Below the pieces are notes generated by a model that was not told the DNA's origin, did not search any database, and worked only from the letters and a program-made list of their open reading frames with translations. Shown in pieces: positions 20,281 to 29,495 of a stretch of DNA of 64,000 bases. Position 1 is the stretch's first letter; each line of letters begins with the position of its first letter. A program made the position numbers and the translations under genes. The stretch comes from Patescibacteria group bacterium (lineage in GTDB: Bacteria; Patescibacteriota; Patescibacteriia; Patescibacteriales; UBA12465), in NCBI GenBank assembly GCA_041649315.1, contig JBAZNJ010000001.1:284549-348548 (forward strand), written 5' to 3'.

Positions 20281-20310
20281 AAAAAACTCTAACATTCGTT
20301 AGAGTTTTTT
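20281..20310 (-). terminator. Rho-independent terminator of tRNA-Glu
   Basis: aaaaaactctaacattcgttagagtttttt: perfect stem with a U-run in the minus orientation, directly 3' of the tRNA. Confidence 0.7.
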
Positions 20311-20316
20311 AATTAG

Positions 20317-20388
20317 TAGCCCCTAGGGGAATCGAACCCCTGTTATCAGGATGAAAACCTGGTGTCCTAACCACTAGACGAAGGGGCC
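20317..20388 (-). tRNA. tRNA-Glu (anticodon UUC)
   Basis: Reverse complement GGCCCCTTCGTCTAGTGGTTAGGACACCAGGTTTTCATCCTGATAACAGGGGTTCGATTCCCCTAGGGGCTA folds as a cloverleaf (GTCT/GGAC D-stem, GGGGG/CCCCT T-stem, TTCGATT T-loop, anticodon TTC). Confidence 0.9.
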
Positions 20389-20532
20389 ATTGCTCTTGCG
20401 ATAATGGCGCAAAATAAAAATCTAAGTCCTTAGATTTAATCTTATTTTATAGATAAACCCATTTTCTGTCAAGAATTTTAGGAGCCTGATTCAATAGTTG
20501 TTTTTTTCCTAAAATACCCTACAATAATAGAT

Positions 20533-21606
20533 ATGTATATTTTGGGTATAGAAACCAGTTGCGACGAAAGCGCCGCTTCCATAATTAAAGCCGACCAAAA
20601 AAACGGCCGGCTTCGCGTTTTATCAAACGTAATTTCCTCGCAAATTCCTATCCATAAAAAATATGGCGGCGTCGTGCCGGAGATCGCGGCTCGCGAACAT
20701 GTTTTAAATATTATACCGGTCATCCACGAAGCTCTAAAGACTGCAAAAATCCGACCGAACCAAATAAGCGCCATCGGCGTAGCCAAGGGTCCGGGACTGA
20801 TTACCTCTTTAATCACCGGCGCAGAAACCGCCCGGACTTTAGCTTTTGCCTGGGATAAGCCACTTATTGGCATAAATCATGTTGAAGGCCATATCTACGC
20901 GAATTTTATCGCTCCGCACACGCCAATCCGCTTCCCGGCTATAATTTCAACCGTTTCCGGCGGTCATACGATTTTGTTAAAAATGGATAAGAATTTAAAA
21001 ACTAAAATAATAGGCGAAACGCGCGATGACGCGGCCGGCGAGGCTTTTGATAAGGCGGCAAAAATGATGAATCTCGGCTATCCGGGCGGACCGATTATTT
21101 CCCGTTATGCTGATAAATATAAATCAATCGGAAAAGTTCGGAAAATAGGCAAGGACTCTAAAAATTCTAAAACACTAATCCAGCCGCTTCCCCGCCCAAT
21201 GATAAATTCTGATAACTTTGACTTTTCTTTTTCCGGCCTAAAGACCGCCCTGCTTTATCAGCTCCAAAAAGATAAAAATTGGCAGAAAAAAATCCCGGCC
21301 TATTGCCATGAGATTCAACAGGCAATTATTGATGTTTTAATTCATAAGACGATAAAAGCTGCATCTAAAACCAAGGCGAAAACCATAATGCTTTCCGGCG
21401 GCGTGAGTGCTAACCGCGAACTTCGCCGACAATTAGCGGAAACTATCGCCCTTAAAGCGCCGGGTGTAAATTTTTTAGTGCCGGATTTAGAATATACGAC
21501 CGATAATGCCGCCATGATCGCGGCCGCGGCTTTTTACAAACTAAAAGAAAAGGGTTCGCGCGATTTTTCCCGGCTCCGAGTCGAGGCCGGTTTACAACTT
21601 AAATAA
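20533..21606 (+). CDS. tsaD: tRNA N6-adenosine threonylcarbamoyltransferase TsaD (Kae1/Gcp family)
   Basis: MYILGIETSCDESAASII N-terminus, HVEGHIYA metal-binding motif and GGVSAN motif. Confidence 0.9.
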   Translation: MYILGIETSCDESAASIIKADQKNGRLRVLSNVISSQIPIHKKYGGVVPEIAAREHVLNIIPVIHEALKTAKIRPNQISAIGVAKGPGLITSLITGAETARTLAFAWDKPLIGINHVEGHIYANFIAPHTPIRFPAIISTVSGGHTILLKMDKNLKTKIIGETRDDAAGEAFDKAAKMMNLGYPGGPIISRYADKYKSIGKVRKIGKDSKNSKTLIQPLPRPMINSDNFDFSFSGLKTALLYQLQKDKNWQKKIPAYCHEIQQAIIDVLIHKTIKAASKTKAKTIMLSGGVSANRELRRQLAETIALKAPGVNFLVPDLEYTTDNAAMIAAAAFYKLKEKGSRDFSRLRVEAGLQLK

Positions 21607-21743
21607 GATAAGTTAAAATTCAAATGTTGGCCGGAGTGCTTAAATGTCAATTAAAACACTCGATCAGATAAATATCTAGAATAATTGCAATTCGGTAATA
21701 AAATCATCTAAAAAGTTATCCGGATAAACAACTATATATAAAC

Positions 21744-21817
21744 GGCTCGATGGCGAAGTGGTCTAACGCAGCAGTTTGCAAAACTGCGACTCGTGGGTTC
21801 GACTCCCACTCGAGCCT
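21744..21817 (+). tRNA. tRNA-Cys (anticodon GCA)
   Basis: GGCTCGATGGCGAAGTGGTCTAACGCAGCAGTTTGCAAAACTGCGACTCGTGGGTTCGACTCCCACTCGAGCCT: acceptor GGCTCGA/TCGAGCC, anticodon stem GCAGT/ACTGC, loop TTGCAAA. Confidence 0.9.
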
Positions 21818-21823
21818 CAAAAT

Positions 21824-21853
21824 AAAAATACTCTAAAAGAGTATTTTTATTTT
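21824..21853 (+). terminator. Rho-independent terminator after tRNA-Cys
   Basis: aaaaatactctaaaagagtatttttatttt. Confidence 0.7.
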
Positions 21854-22765
21854 GATGTTTTGAAAGGGGAGTCGAACAGGTCAGGAGCGAGCTAGATATT
21901 CGCTAGCCATATTATCCCCAAACTAATCCCCAAACCTGTGGATAACCTGTGTTTTCTGTGTATAAAACCATAATTTAAGTCCAGGTTAGCGTGGACTTAA
22001 ACTATTAAAAAGACAATTTAATTAAATTATTTATTTAAATATTAGCAAAAAATACTAAAATATTCCATTTTAAGTCCACAATAGTTGACCCTTATTTTTA
22101 AAAGTGCTATAATATACTTAGGTTCATTAACTAGCTCTGGATTCATTACCGACGCTAACGCGGTAAAGAAAAAAGCTTGAGCAAATTAAATTGTGCTAAA
22201 AGAATAAAATTTGATAAAAGTCATAAAGAAATTTTTATTAAAATTTATTAAAAATTAGCAAAAATAATAAAAATTATTTTAAATTTGCTAGGAGCTGGTA
22301 AGAATTATTCTCTAAAGTTAGCAAGAGACTCAAAGTCCTTAATAATAATCAAGAAAAGATTAGAAAAAAAGGACTGAGGCTCATGACGCGGCTATTAATT
22401 AATTTACTTTATTTTATAATAAAGAGCAGCCCGTCATGGGCCTCTTTTGTTATTAAAAACCGATTTAATAGATTTGAGACTTGATTTAATATGTGGTTTA
22501 ATTGACAAAAATGGTTGGTGAAAATACTAAATTTGACGTAATATCAAATCAGAATAAGAAACAATTATAAAACGGATAATAATATAATAAAAAATATTGG
22601 CAAAATCGCTAATCTCGGCTATACTCAAATCATAATCTGCCATATATTCATATAATTCATATCTTCCGGATCGCTAAAATTGCAAATAATCATTATTCAA
22701 CCTATTTTAACGGACGAGCCTGACGAACAAATGCAATAATAAATTTTCCTAATATAAAATAAAAT

Positions 22766-23830
22766 ATGTCATTATCCATCGGTATTGTCGGCCTGCCTAA
22801 TGTCGGAAAGTCAACCTTGTTTAATTTATTAACTAAAAAAGGCGTGGAAGCGGCTAATTATCCTTTTTGCACCATAGATCCGAATGTTGGGGTCGTAAAA
22901 GTACCGGATGAACGTTTAGATAAATTAGCCGCGGTCTCTAAACCGGCTCGAATTATCAATACAACGATTGAATTTGTAGATATTGCGGGTTTAGTCGCCG
23001 GTGCGAGTAAGGGCGAGGGCTTAGGCAACCAATTTTTAGCTCATATTCGCGAATGTGACGCAATTTGCGAGGTTATCCGCGATTTTAAAGATGCTAACAT
23101 TATTCATGTAAGCGGTAAAATCGATCCGGTCGGAGATAAAGAAACAATAAATACCGAGCTAATACTAGCTGATTTATCTTCAGTGGAAAAACGCCTGGAC
23201 AAAATTCGTCGCGAAGCGCGAAGTGGTGATAAAGAATTAAAAATCCAAGAGCTAATATTAGATAAGATATTTAAACAACTGGCGGCCGGAGAGGCGGCGC
23301 GGGAGCTTGAATTTACAGAAGAAGAGCTAATATTCGTTAAAACTTTAAATTTATTAACCATAAAACCACTTATTTACCTCTTAAACATCGACGAGAAACA
23401 TAGCGGCGATGTTCTTCTCGGAACAAAAGAGACGGTTTTGAAAATTAATGTAAAATTAGAGGAAGAAATTGTTAATTTGCCAGCTGAAGAGCAGGCTGAA
23501 TATATAAAAGAGCTTGGATTAGAACAAAGCGGCCTTGATAAGCTAATCAAAACCGCCTATCAAACTTTGGGACTGGAAACATTTTTCACGACTGGGCCGG
23601 ATGAGACTCGCGCCTGGACCATAAAAAGCGGCGCCAAGGCGCCGGAAGCGGCCGGTGAAATCCATACGGACTTTATCAAAGGATTTATTCGGGCGGAAGT
23701 GGTAAATTGGGAAAAATTCGTGGAATGCGGCAGTGAAGCAAAAGCTCGGGAACTCGGTCAGATCCGTACTGAGGGTAAGGACTATATTGTTAAAGATGGA
23801 GATGTGTGTAATTTTTTGATAAATAGGTAA
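22766..23830 (+). CDS. ychF: Ribosome-binding ATPase YchF (Obg-like GTPase family)
   Basis: GIVGLPNVGKSTLFN G1 motif, DIAGLV G3 motif and a C-terminal TGS-like domain (TAWTIKSGAKAPEAAGEIHTDF). Confidence 0.9.
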   Translation: MSLSIGIVGLPNVGKSTLFNLLTKKGVEAANYPFCTIDPNVGVVKVPDERLDKLAAVSKPARIINTTIEFVDIAGLVAGASKGEGLGNQFLAHIRECDAICEVIRDFKDANIIHVSGKIDPVGDKETINTELILADLSSVEKRLDKIRREARSGDKELKIQELILDKIFKQLAAGEAARELEFTEEELIFVKTLNLLTIKPLIYLLNIDEKHSGDVLLGTKETVLKINVKLEEEIVNLPAEEQAEYIKELGLEQSGLDKLIKTAYQTLGLETFFTTGPDETRAWTIKSGAKAPEAAGEIHTDFIKGFIRAEVVNWEKFVECGSEAKARELGQIRTEGKDYIVKDGDVCNFLINR

Positions 23831-23909
23831 ACGGCTTTATTGGATATTTGGTCTATAAAACAAAAATAGAAGCTTTTGGCTTCTATTTTTTAAACTCGCT
23901 AATTCATTT

Positions 23910-24209
23910 TTACATCTTTTCTAAAAACTCCTGGATAGGCGCAACCAAATCTTCTCTAACATTAGCCTTATCAGCTTCAAATAAATTTTTTGCTTCAATA
24001 ATAGCCTGCTTGAATTTCTCTTGCGCTTCAGACGACATTTTTTCAACGATGGCTGGGCTGTTTAATTCAGAACAACACAAGCTATTCCAAATTTCCACCC
24101 AATCTTTTTTCTGTAATTCAGCTGATAAAATATCAACTTCGCTTTCCGCTCTTTTAACCATAACTTCATTATCATTAGCCGGTTTTTCAAATTTATTAAA
24201 TAATCCCAT
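23910..24209 (-). CDS. Hypothetical protein
   Basis: 99-aa ORF. It reads more like protein than the overlapping low-complexity plus-strand ORF 23848..24231. Confidence 0.3.
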   Translation of the reverse strand: MGLFNKFEKPANDNEVMVKRAESEVDILSAELQKKDWVEIWNSLCCSELNSPAIVEKMSSEAQEKFKQAIIEAKNLFEADKANVREDLVAPIQEFLEKM

Positions 24210-24286
24210 AAATTTTGTTTTAAATTATTAATTATTTTTAAACCACCTATCTCTATAATACCCCCCCCTCTTAAAAAATCAAGCCC

Positions 24287-25471
24287 CTATACCCTCTCCA
24301 TCACCACTACTTCCCGATAAACTTTCTGTCCGGGCCGGCCGTAAACAATAGTATCGCGGCCGGTTTTTTTTATAAATTCGCTTTGGCGCAAGCTCGCCGG
24401 AACCATATTTAAAATCTTAAACCCCTCGTAACGCGGCGCAATCGGACGCTGACCATAAAATAAAGGCCAAATCATGACAACACGGCCGCCCGGTTTCAAG
24501 ACCTCTTTAAATCCAACCAAAGCCGCGGAATAAAGCTCTTCGAGTTCAGCAATTACCGGCTTAAAATTAATCATTCCTCTCTGCGGCCCTAAAAACGGCT
24601 CGGTAATAATCGCGTCGCCGGAACCGGCTTTAATAAACTTCGCGATATCAACGGCATTTTTAACAACCAGTTTAGTCCGGCAATCTTCAATTTTATATAA
24701 TTCTTTAAGCCAGCTTAAATTTTTATAAGTATCATCAATCGCTTTCGGCGAAATATCCGAACCGAACAATTTTTTATAACCGAGCAGGGCGGCTTCGCTT
24801 AAAATCGTCCCGGAACCACAAAACGGATCAATAATTACGGCATTTTCATCGGTTATTTGCGCTAAATTAATCATAATCTGCGCCAATTTCGGCGGCAACA
24901 TACCGGAACGGTCGTCGCGCGCCGGCCGGCCAAAGTCGCGGCGGGATAAATCTTTAAAGGGCTGGACCGCTAAGGTTTCGCCGATTATCCATTGATTATT
25001 ATTTTTTATCAAAACAACCTCAATCCCCCGAGAAATTAACTTATTTTGGGTAATTACGACACTAGAAAGAGTTTTTTCACGGCTCACAACAAAACGCGAG
25101 CTGATTTTTTTCTCCGTAAAATATTTCTTTGCTTTCAGCCCTAAATCATTTTTATTAACTTCACCCTTCCCATAATTAGAAAAACCAAAATTAAATTTTC
25201 CGGTCGGACCGCTCGCCTGTTTGGCCGCGGCAATTTCCTGTATCTCCGCTACAAGATTTTTTTCCTCGCCGACCGGGATTTCCTTAATAATCCTTCCAAT
25301 TTTAATAATTCCTCCTAGGCGGGCGATAAGTTTAACGGTATCTATTTCCCGCTCAACTTCCGCCGCTAAAAAATCCGTCGCTAACAACCGTGGCTCTTTA
25401 ATATCCAAAACCGCAGCCAATTCGGCTAAAGAAAGGGCGGTGTTTGTGCCTAAAACAAAGAAGTATTTCAT
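24287..25471 (-). CDS. Putative RNA (guanine-N2) methyltransferase, Trm14/RlmL-like
   Basis: DPFCGSGTILSEAALLGY motif typical of the RlmL/Trm14 N2-guanine methyltransferase family; N-terminal THUMP-like region. Confidence 0.6.
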   Translation of the reverse strand: MKYFFVLGTNTALSLAELAAVLDIKEPRLLATDFLAAEVEREIDTVKLIARLGGIIKIGRIIKEIPVGEEKNLVAEIQEIAAAKQASGPTGKFNFGFSNYGKGEVNKNDLGLKAKKYFTEKKISSRFVVSREKTLSSVVITQNKLISRGIEVVLIKNNNQWIIGETLAVQPFKDLSRRDFGRPARDDRSGMLPPKLAQIMINLAQITDENAVIIDPFCGSGTILSEAALLGYKKLFGSDISPKAIDDTYKNLSWLKELYKIEDCRTKLVVKNAVDIAKFIKAGSGDAIITEPFLGPQRGMINFKPVIAELEELYSAALVGFKEVLKPGGRVVMIWPLFYGQRPIAPRYEGFKILNMVPASLRQSEFIKKTGRDTIVYGRPGQKVYREVVVMERV

Positions 25472-25752
25472 AATTTTATCTTATACTAATATGCCCCGGC
25501 TGACAATGATTACCCGATGCTATTGTAATTTCTCCGGCTTCATGCTAAACTAAGGGCACAAATTAATAAACCAATATCTTTCCCATATCTCGGGTGCCGG
25601 CTAAGCCGGATCGACTCAAGATAATTCCGCCGATTAACGAGCAGAATTAAAGGTATTCTTTAGCCCCAAAACTATGGAATACTTTGGGGATTTTATTTAA
25701 TAAGAGCAGGTTAGCTTGAGGAAGTTTCATGTTTATTGATAGATAATTTAAC

Positions 25753-25907
25753 GCCGTTCGCCGCCAGTATTCCTTCGCTTCGGTAATTTCTGTGGCAAAA
25801 TTCACCGCCTCTTCTCCGCCTCCGCGCCTAGCCGGCGCTCCGGCGGCCGGCGATAAATTTTGCTCTACGAAATTACAGGCGCTCAGGAACACTGTCGCCC
25901 GAACGGC
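25753..25907. mobile_element. GC-rich 155-bp MITE-like element with 13-bp terminal inverted repeats (GCCGTTCGnCGnC), copy 1
   Basis: About 90% identical to the reverse complement of 47857..48012. Ends are gccgttcgccgcc ... gtcgcccgaacggc. About 62% GC in an AT-rich intergenic context. Confidence 0.75.
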
Positions 25908-26000
25908 TACTAAGCTATTGATAAGGATGGAAGTTTCCCCATAAAAAAATCTTTTAGAAAAAATTTAAATGATTTTAAGCACCTCTCATTTATAATATCT

Positions 26001-26525
26001 ATGTCAAAAACAAAAAAAACCGGAACGACCCATTACGAGATTCTTTTTATCATCCCGAATAAATTCACGGATGAAGAAGCGAAAAAGCTTACGGAAGAAA
26101 TAGAAAAAACTCTAACGGAAAACAATGGCGAAATCAGCCATCGCGAATATTGGGGTAAGAAAAAATTAGCTTATCCGATTAAGCAAAACGTCTATGGGTA
26201 CTACGGGCTCTTTGAATTTGATCTAGAAGGGAAAGACCTGGCTAAAATCGACCAGACCTTCCGGCTCTCGACTAATATTCTCCGCCATCAAATTGTTATT
26301 AAAAAGAAAAAAAGCGATGAGGAGTTAGCACGGGAAAAGGAAATCCAGGTTAAAATCGATTCTAAAAAAGCTACGGAAGATAAAAAACGGGAAGAAAAAG
26401 TAAAAACTTCGTCCCCGTCCGCCACGAGCGCTTCCAAGGTTAAAGAAAAAACTGAGAAAAAAGTAGATCTAAAGGACTTGGACGAAAAACTGGAAGGCAT
26501 TTTAAATGCCAAGGATTTAATTTAA
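26001..26525 (+). CDS. rpsF: 30S ribosomal protein S6 with a lysine/glutamate-rich C-terminal extension
   Basis: HYEILFIIPN...REYWGKKKLAYPI, in an rpsF-ssb-rpsR arrangement. Confidence 0.85.
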   Translation: MSKTKKTGTTHYEILFIIPNKFTDEEAKKLTEEIEKTLTENNGEISHREYWGKKKLAYPIKQNVYGYYGLFEFDLEGKDLAKIDQTFRLSTNILRHQIVIKKKKSDEELAREKEIQVKIDSKKATEDKKREEKVKTSSPSATSASKVKEKTEKKVDLKDLDEKLEGILNAKDLI

Positions 26526-26550
26526 TTAATTTTTCTGAAGCCGCTCTTAA

Positions 26551-27036
<486 letters not shown>

Positions 27037-27093
27037 TTAATAAAAATAAAAGCGCCGCTTCCGTCTCGGACGGCGAGAATTAAAATAAATATT

Positions 27094-27306
27094 ATGAGCA
27101 ATAAAAAAACCAAAGAATGCTATTTCTGCGTTAATAATCTTGATGTTGATTATAAAGACACGCGCACTTTGCGTCGCTTCATCAACTTCTACATGAAAAT
27201 CTTGCCCGGCTCCCGGACCGGCGTCTGTGCCTGGCACCAGCGGAAACTCACGACCGCGATCAAACGCTCCCGCGTGATGGCGCTCTTGTCCGCGACTCAT
27301 AAATAA
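27094..27306 (+). CDS. rpsR: 30S ribosomal protein S18
   Basis: CYFCVNN...DYKDTRTLRRFI...GSRTGVCAWHQRKLTTAIKRSR. Confidence 0.9.
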   Translation: MSNKKTKECYFCVNNLDVDYKDTRTLRRFINFYMKILPGSRTGVCAWHQRKLTTAIKRSRVMALLSATHK

Positions 27307-27351
27307 ACGGCGATTCTCGCTAATTAAAGACCGGAATAATTTTTAACGCTT

Positions 27352-27909
27352 ATGCTAAACTTCAATGAAATCAAGACCGGCAAGGTCATTAAAATCAATA
27401 ACGAACCCTACGTGATAATCAAAACCGATCATCATAAAATGGGCCGAGGCGGCGCGGTGCTTAAGACGAAATGTCGCAACCTTTTAAGCGGTAATATGCT
27501 AGAAAGAACTTTCCAAGGCGCGGAAAAGGCGGAAGAAGCGGAAACGGAAACGAAAAAAGCGAATTTCATGTATAAGGATAAGGACCAGGCCTATTTCATG
27601 GATAATAAGGATTACGAGCAATTTGATTTGCCGCTCGAGTCGCTCGGCGAACAGGAAAGATTCTTAAAAGACGGGACCGATGTTGATGTGTTATATTTCG
27701 AGGGCCGACCGGCTTCAATCAGCTTGCCGATCAAAATGGATTTCAAAGTCGTAAGCGCGCCGCCCGGAGTAAAAGGAAATTCCGCCGGCAATGTTAATAA
27801 GACCGTGGAAATTGAAACCGGCGCGAAAATCAGCGTCCCGATGTTTATTAACGAAGGCGATGTAATTAGAATTAATACGGAAACTGGAGAATATGTTGAA
27901 CGGGCTTAA
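27352..27909 (+). CDS. efp: Elongation factor P
   Basis: KTGKVIKINNEPYVII ... KTKCRNLLSGN, a three-domain EF-P-like protein of 185 aa. Confidence 0.85.
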   Translation: MLNFNEIKTGKVIKINNEPYVIIKTDHHKMGRGGAVLKTKCRNLLSGNMLERTFQGAEKAEEAETETKKANFMYKDKDQAYFMDNKDYEQFDLPLESLGEQERFLKDGTDVDVLYFEGRPASISLPIKMDFKVVSAPPGVKGNSAGNVNKTVEIETGAKISVPMFINEGDVIRINTETGEYVERA

Positions 27910-28012
27910 ACGAGTTAAATCGAATAAAAACGCCTCTCCGCTCGGAGCGGCGTTTTGTGTTATAATGTAATTAATTAAAGAATTTATTATTTAGCTCGCT
28001 ATCCCCTATATT

Positions 28013-28492
28013 ATGGAAAAAAATTTAAAACAATTTTTAATAATTGCCAAACAAAAAAGTTATGCCGGGGGCGGAGAAAAACGCGCCAGAATTTTAACTA
28101 ATGGGCAAAAAGAATACTTGTTTAAAAAAGGCGATCTTAAATATATTGATAGATACCGAGGACATGAAAAATTTTCCGGACAAGAAAAAGTTTTTAAAGC
28201 GACCAAGCTAATATGGACTATGAAATATTCAGGGGGCGTGCTATCTAAAAAAATTTCTCCAGATGATATCTATGCGTTTTTAAGAAAGGCTCTGAAAATA
28301 ATTCCAAAAAATATTCCTTTTAGGGGACCCGAAAAGCTTGTTGAGGGGGATTATAAATACATAAATAAAACAAAAGGCGCTTTAAACGATTTTTCCGGGG
28401 AAGAAAAAATATTTTATAAAGATAAATTAATATATCAACTAAATTATAGTGGCGGGGCTAGTGAAAAAATAAATAACATAGCCATTTTTTGA
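28013..28492 (+). CDS. Hypothetical protein with an internal tandem duplication (two ~40-aa repeats, each ending (K/N)YSGG)
   Basis: KYIDRYRGHEKFSGQEKVFKATKLIWTMKYSGGVLSKK and KYINKTKGALNDFSGEEKIFYKDKLIYQLNYSGGASEK. Confidence 0.45.
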   Translation: MEKNLKQFLIIAKQKSYAGGGEKRARILTNGQKEYLFKKGDLKYIDRYRGHEKFSGQEKVFKATKLIWTMKYSGGVLSKKISPDDIYAFLRKALKIIPKNIPFRGPEKLVEGDYKYINKTKGALNDFSGEEKIFYKDKLIYQLNYSGGASEKINNIAIF

Positions 28493-28574
28493 AATTTGAT
28501 TCTTATGTTAAGATATGTTAATCTTATTAAAATTAAAAAATGAAATTTAACAATTAAATAAAGAGGAGGGGAAA

Positions 28575-29495
28575 ATGTATATAATATGGAACTTAACGAG
28601 GCTTTGTCCTTGGAATTGCGAATTTTGCTGCGTATCAGCTATTTGCTCTAAAAGTAAAAATGGGGCGGAAAAAATCCACCAAAAAGAAATTAAAGACAAA
28701 CGACAATTAACTTTTAAAGAAAAAGATGAAATCCTAAAAATTATTAGCGCAAAAAACTTAGAGATTGATTTTTCTGGCGGAGATCCATTATATCTTGAAG
28801 ATGATATTAAAATACTTGAAAAAGCTATCTTAATTATGCCAAAAGAAAAAATTGATATCAGTATGACCGGAGTTTTTATTGATGCTAGAAAAATTAATAT
28901 TCTAAAACAAGTTAATAAAGTGGAATTTACTTTAGATAATTTAGAAAAAGCTCATAATCCATTACGTCCAAATGGTTTTAATATTTCTACTATGAAAGTA
29001 ATTCCTAAACTGATCTCTCGCGGAATAAATGCTTCTGCTGTTACGATTCTTCATAAACACACCGCCTCTAAAGATAACTTGCGAACTATTTATAAATGGC
29101 TTTGTAAAAACAGAGTGAAATCTTGGAGCGTCTTAAAATTTTATCCTGTCGGCCGAGGAGAATCGATGAAAAATATGTTATTAACGAAAGATGACTATTT
29201 GGAAATAATGGATTTTTTGAATTCCCTTAAAGGTTATACTGAAATTATATTCCAACATTCTCTGCGGATATTGAACGGTAGTTATACCTGCCATGCCGCC
29301 GTGGAAACAGTCGGAATACTCCCCGACGGAACTGTCCTAGCTTGCGCCTGGGCGTTAAAAAACGGCTGTCTGCCAATTAACGGATTTAAAATCGGAAAAT
29401 TGCCTGAAGACAATTTTGACGCTATACTTAAAAAAGCTCAGGAAGAAATGGGATATCAGTGTAGATGTAATTTTTGCAGAATAACCAAACAATAA
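28575..29495 (+). CDS. Radical SAM protein with a C-terminal SPASM/twitch-like cysteine cluster
   Basis: CPWNCEFC (Cx3Cx2C), FSGGDPL glycine-rich motif, and C-terminal cysteines CHAAVETVGILPDGTVLAC ... QCRCNFC. Confidence 0.7.
   Translation: MYIIWNLTRLCPWNCEFCCVSAICSKSKNGAEKIHQKEIKDKRQLTFKEKDEILKIISAKNLEIDFSGGDPLYLEDDIKILEKAILIMPKEKIDISMTGVFIDARKINILKQVNKVEFTLDNLEKAHNPLRPNGFNISTMKVIPKLISRGINASAVTILHKHTASKDNLRTIYKWLCKNRVKSWSVLKFYPVGRGESMKNMLLTKDDYLEIMDFLNSLKGYTEIIFQHSLRILNGSYTCHAAVETVGILPDGTVLACAWALKNGCLPINGFKIGKLPEDNFDAILKKAQEEMGYQCRCNFCRITKQ

Noticed and set aside
20478-20873. 131-aa minus-strand ORF overlapping the start of tsaD
   Set aside because: Antisense to the well-supported TsaD N-terminus.
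23848-24231. 127-aa plus-strand low-complexity ORF
   Set aside because: Ser/Leu/Phe-rich low-complexity translation. The opposing 99-aa ORF looks more protein-like, and even that is low confidence.
25647-25892. 81-aa ORF covering the MITE-like element
   Set aside because: Its frame is kept open by the GC-rich repeat; the Ala/Gly/Arg-rich translation has no counterpart in the inverted second copy.
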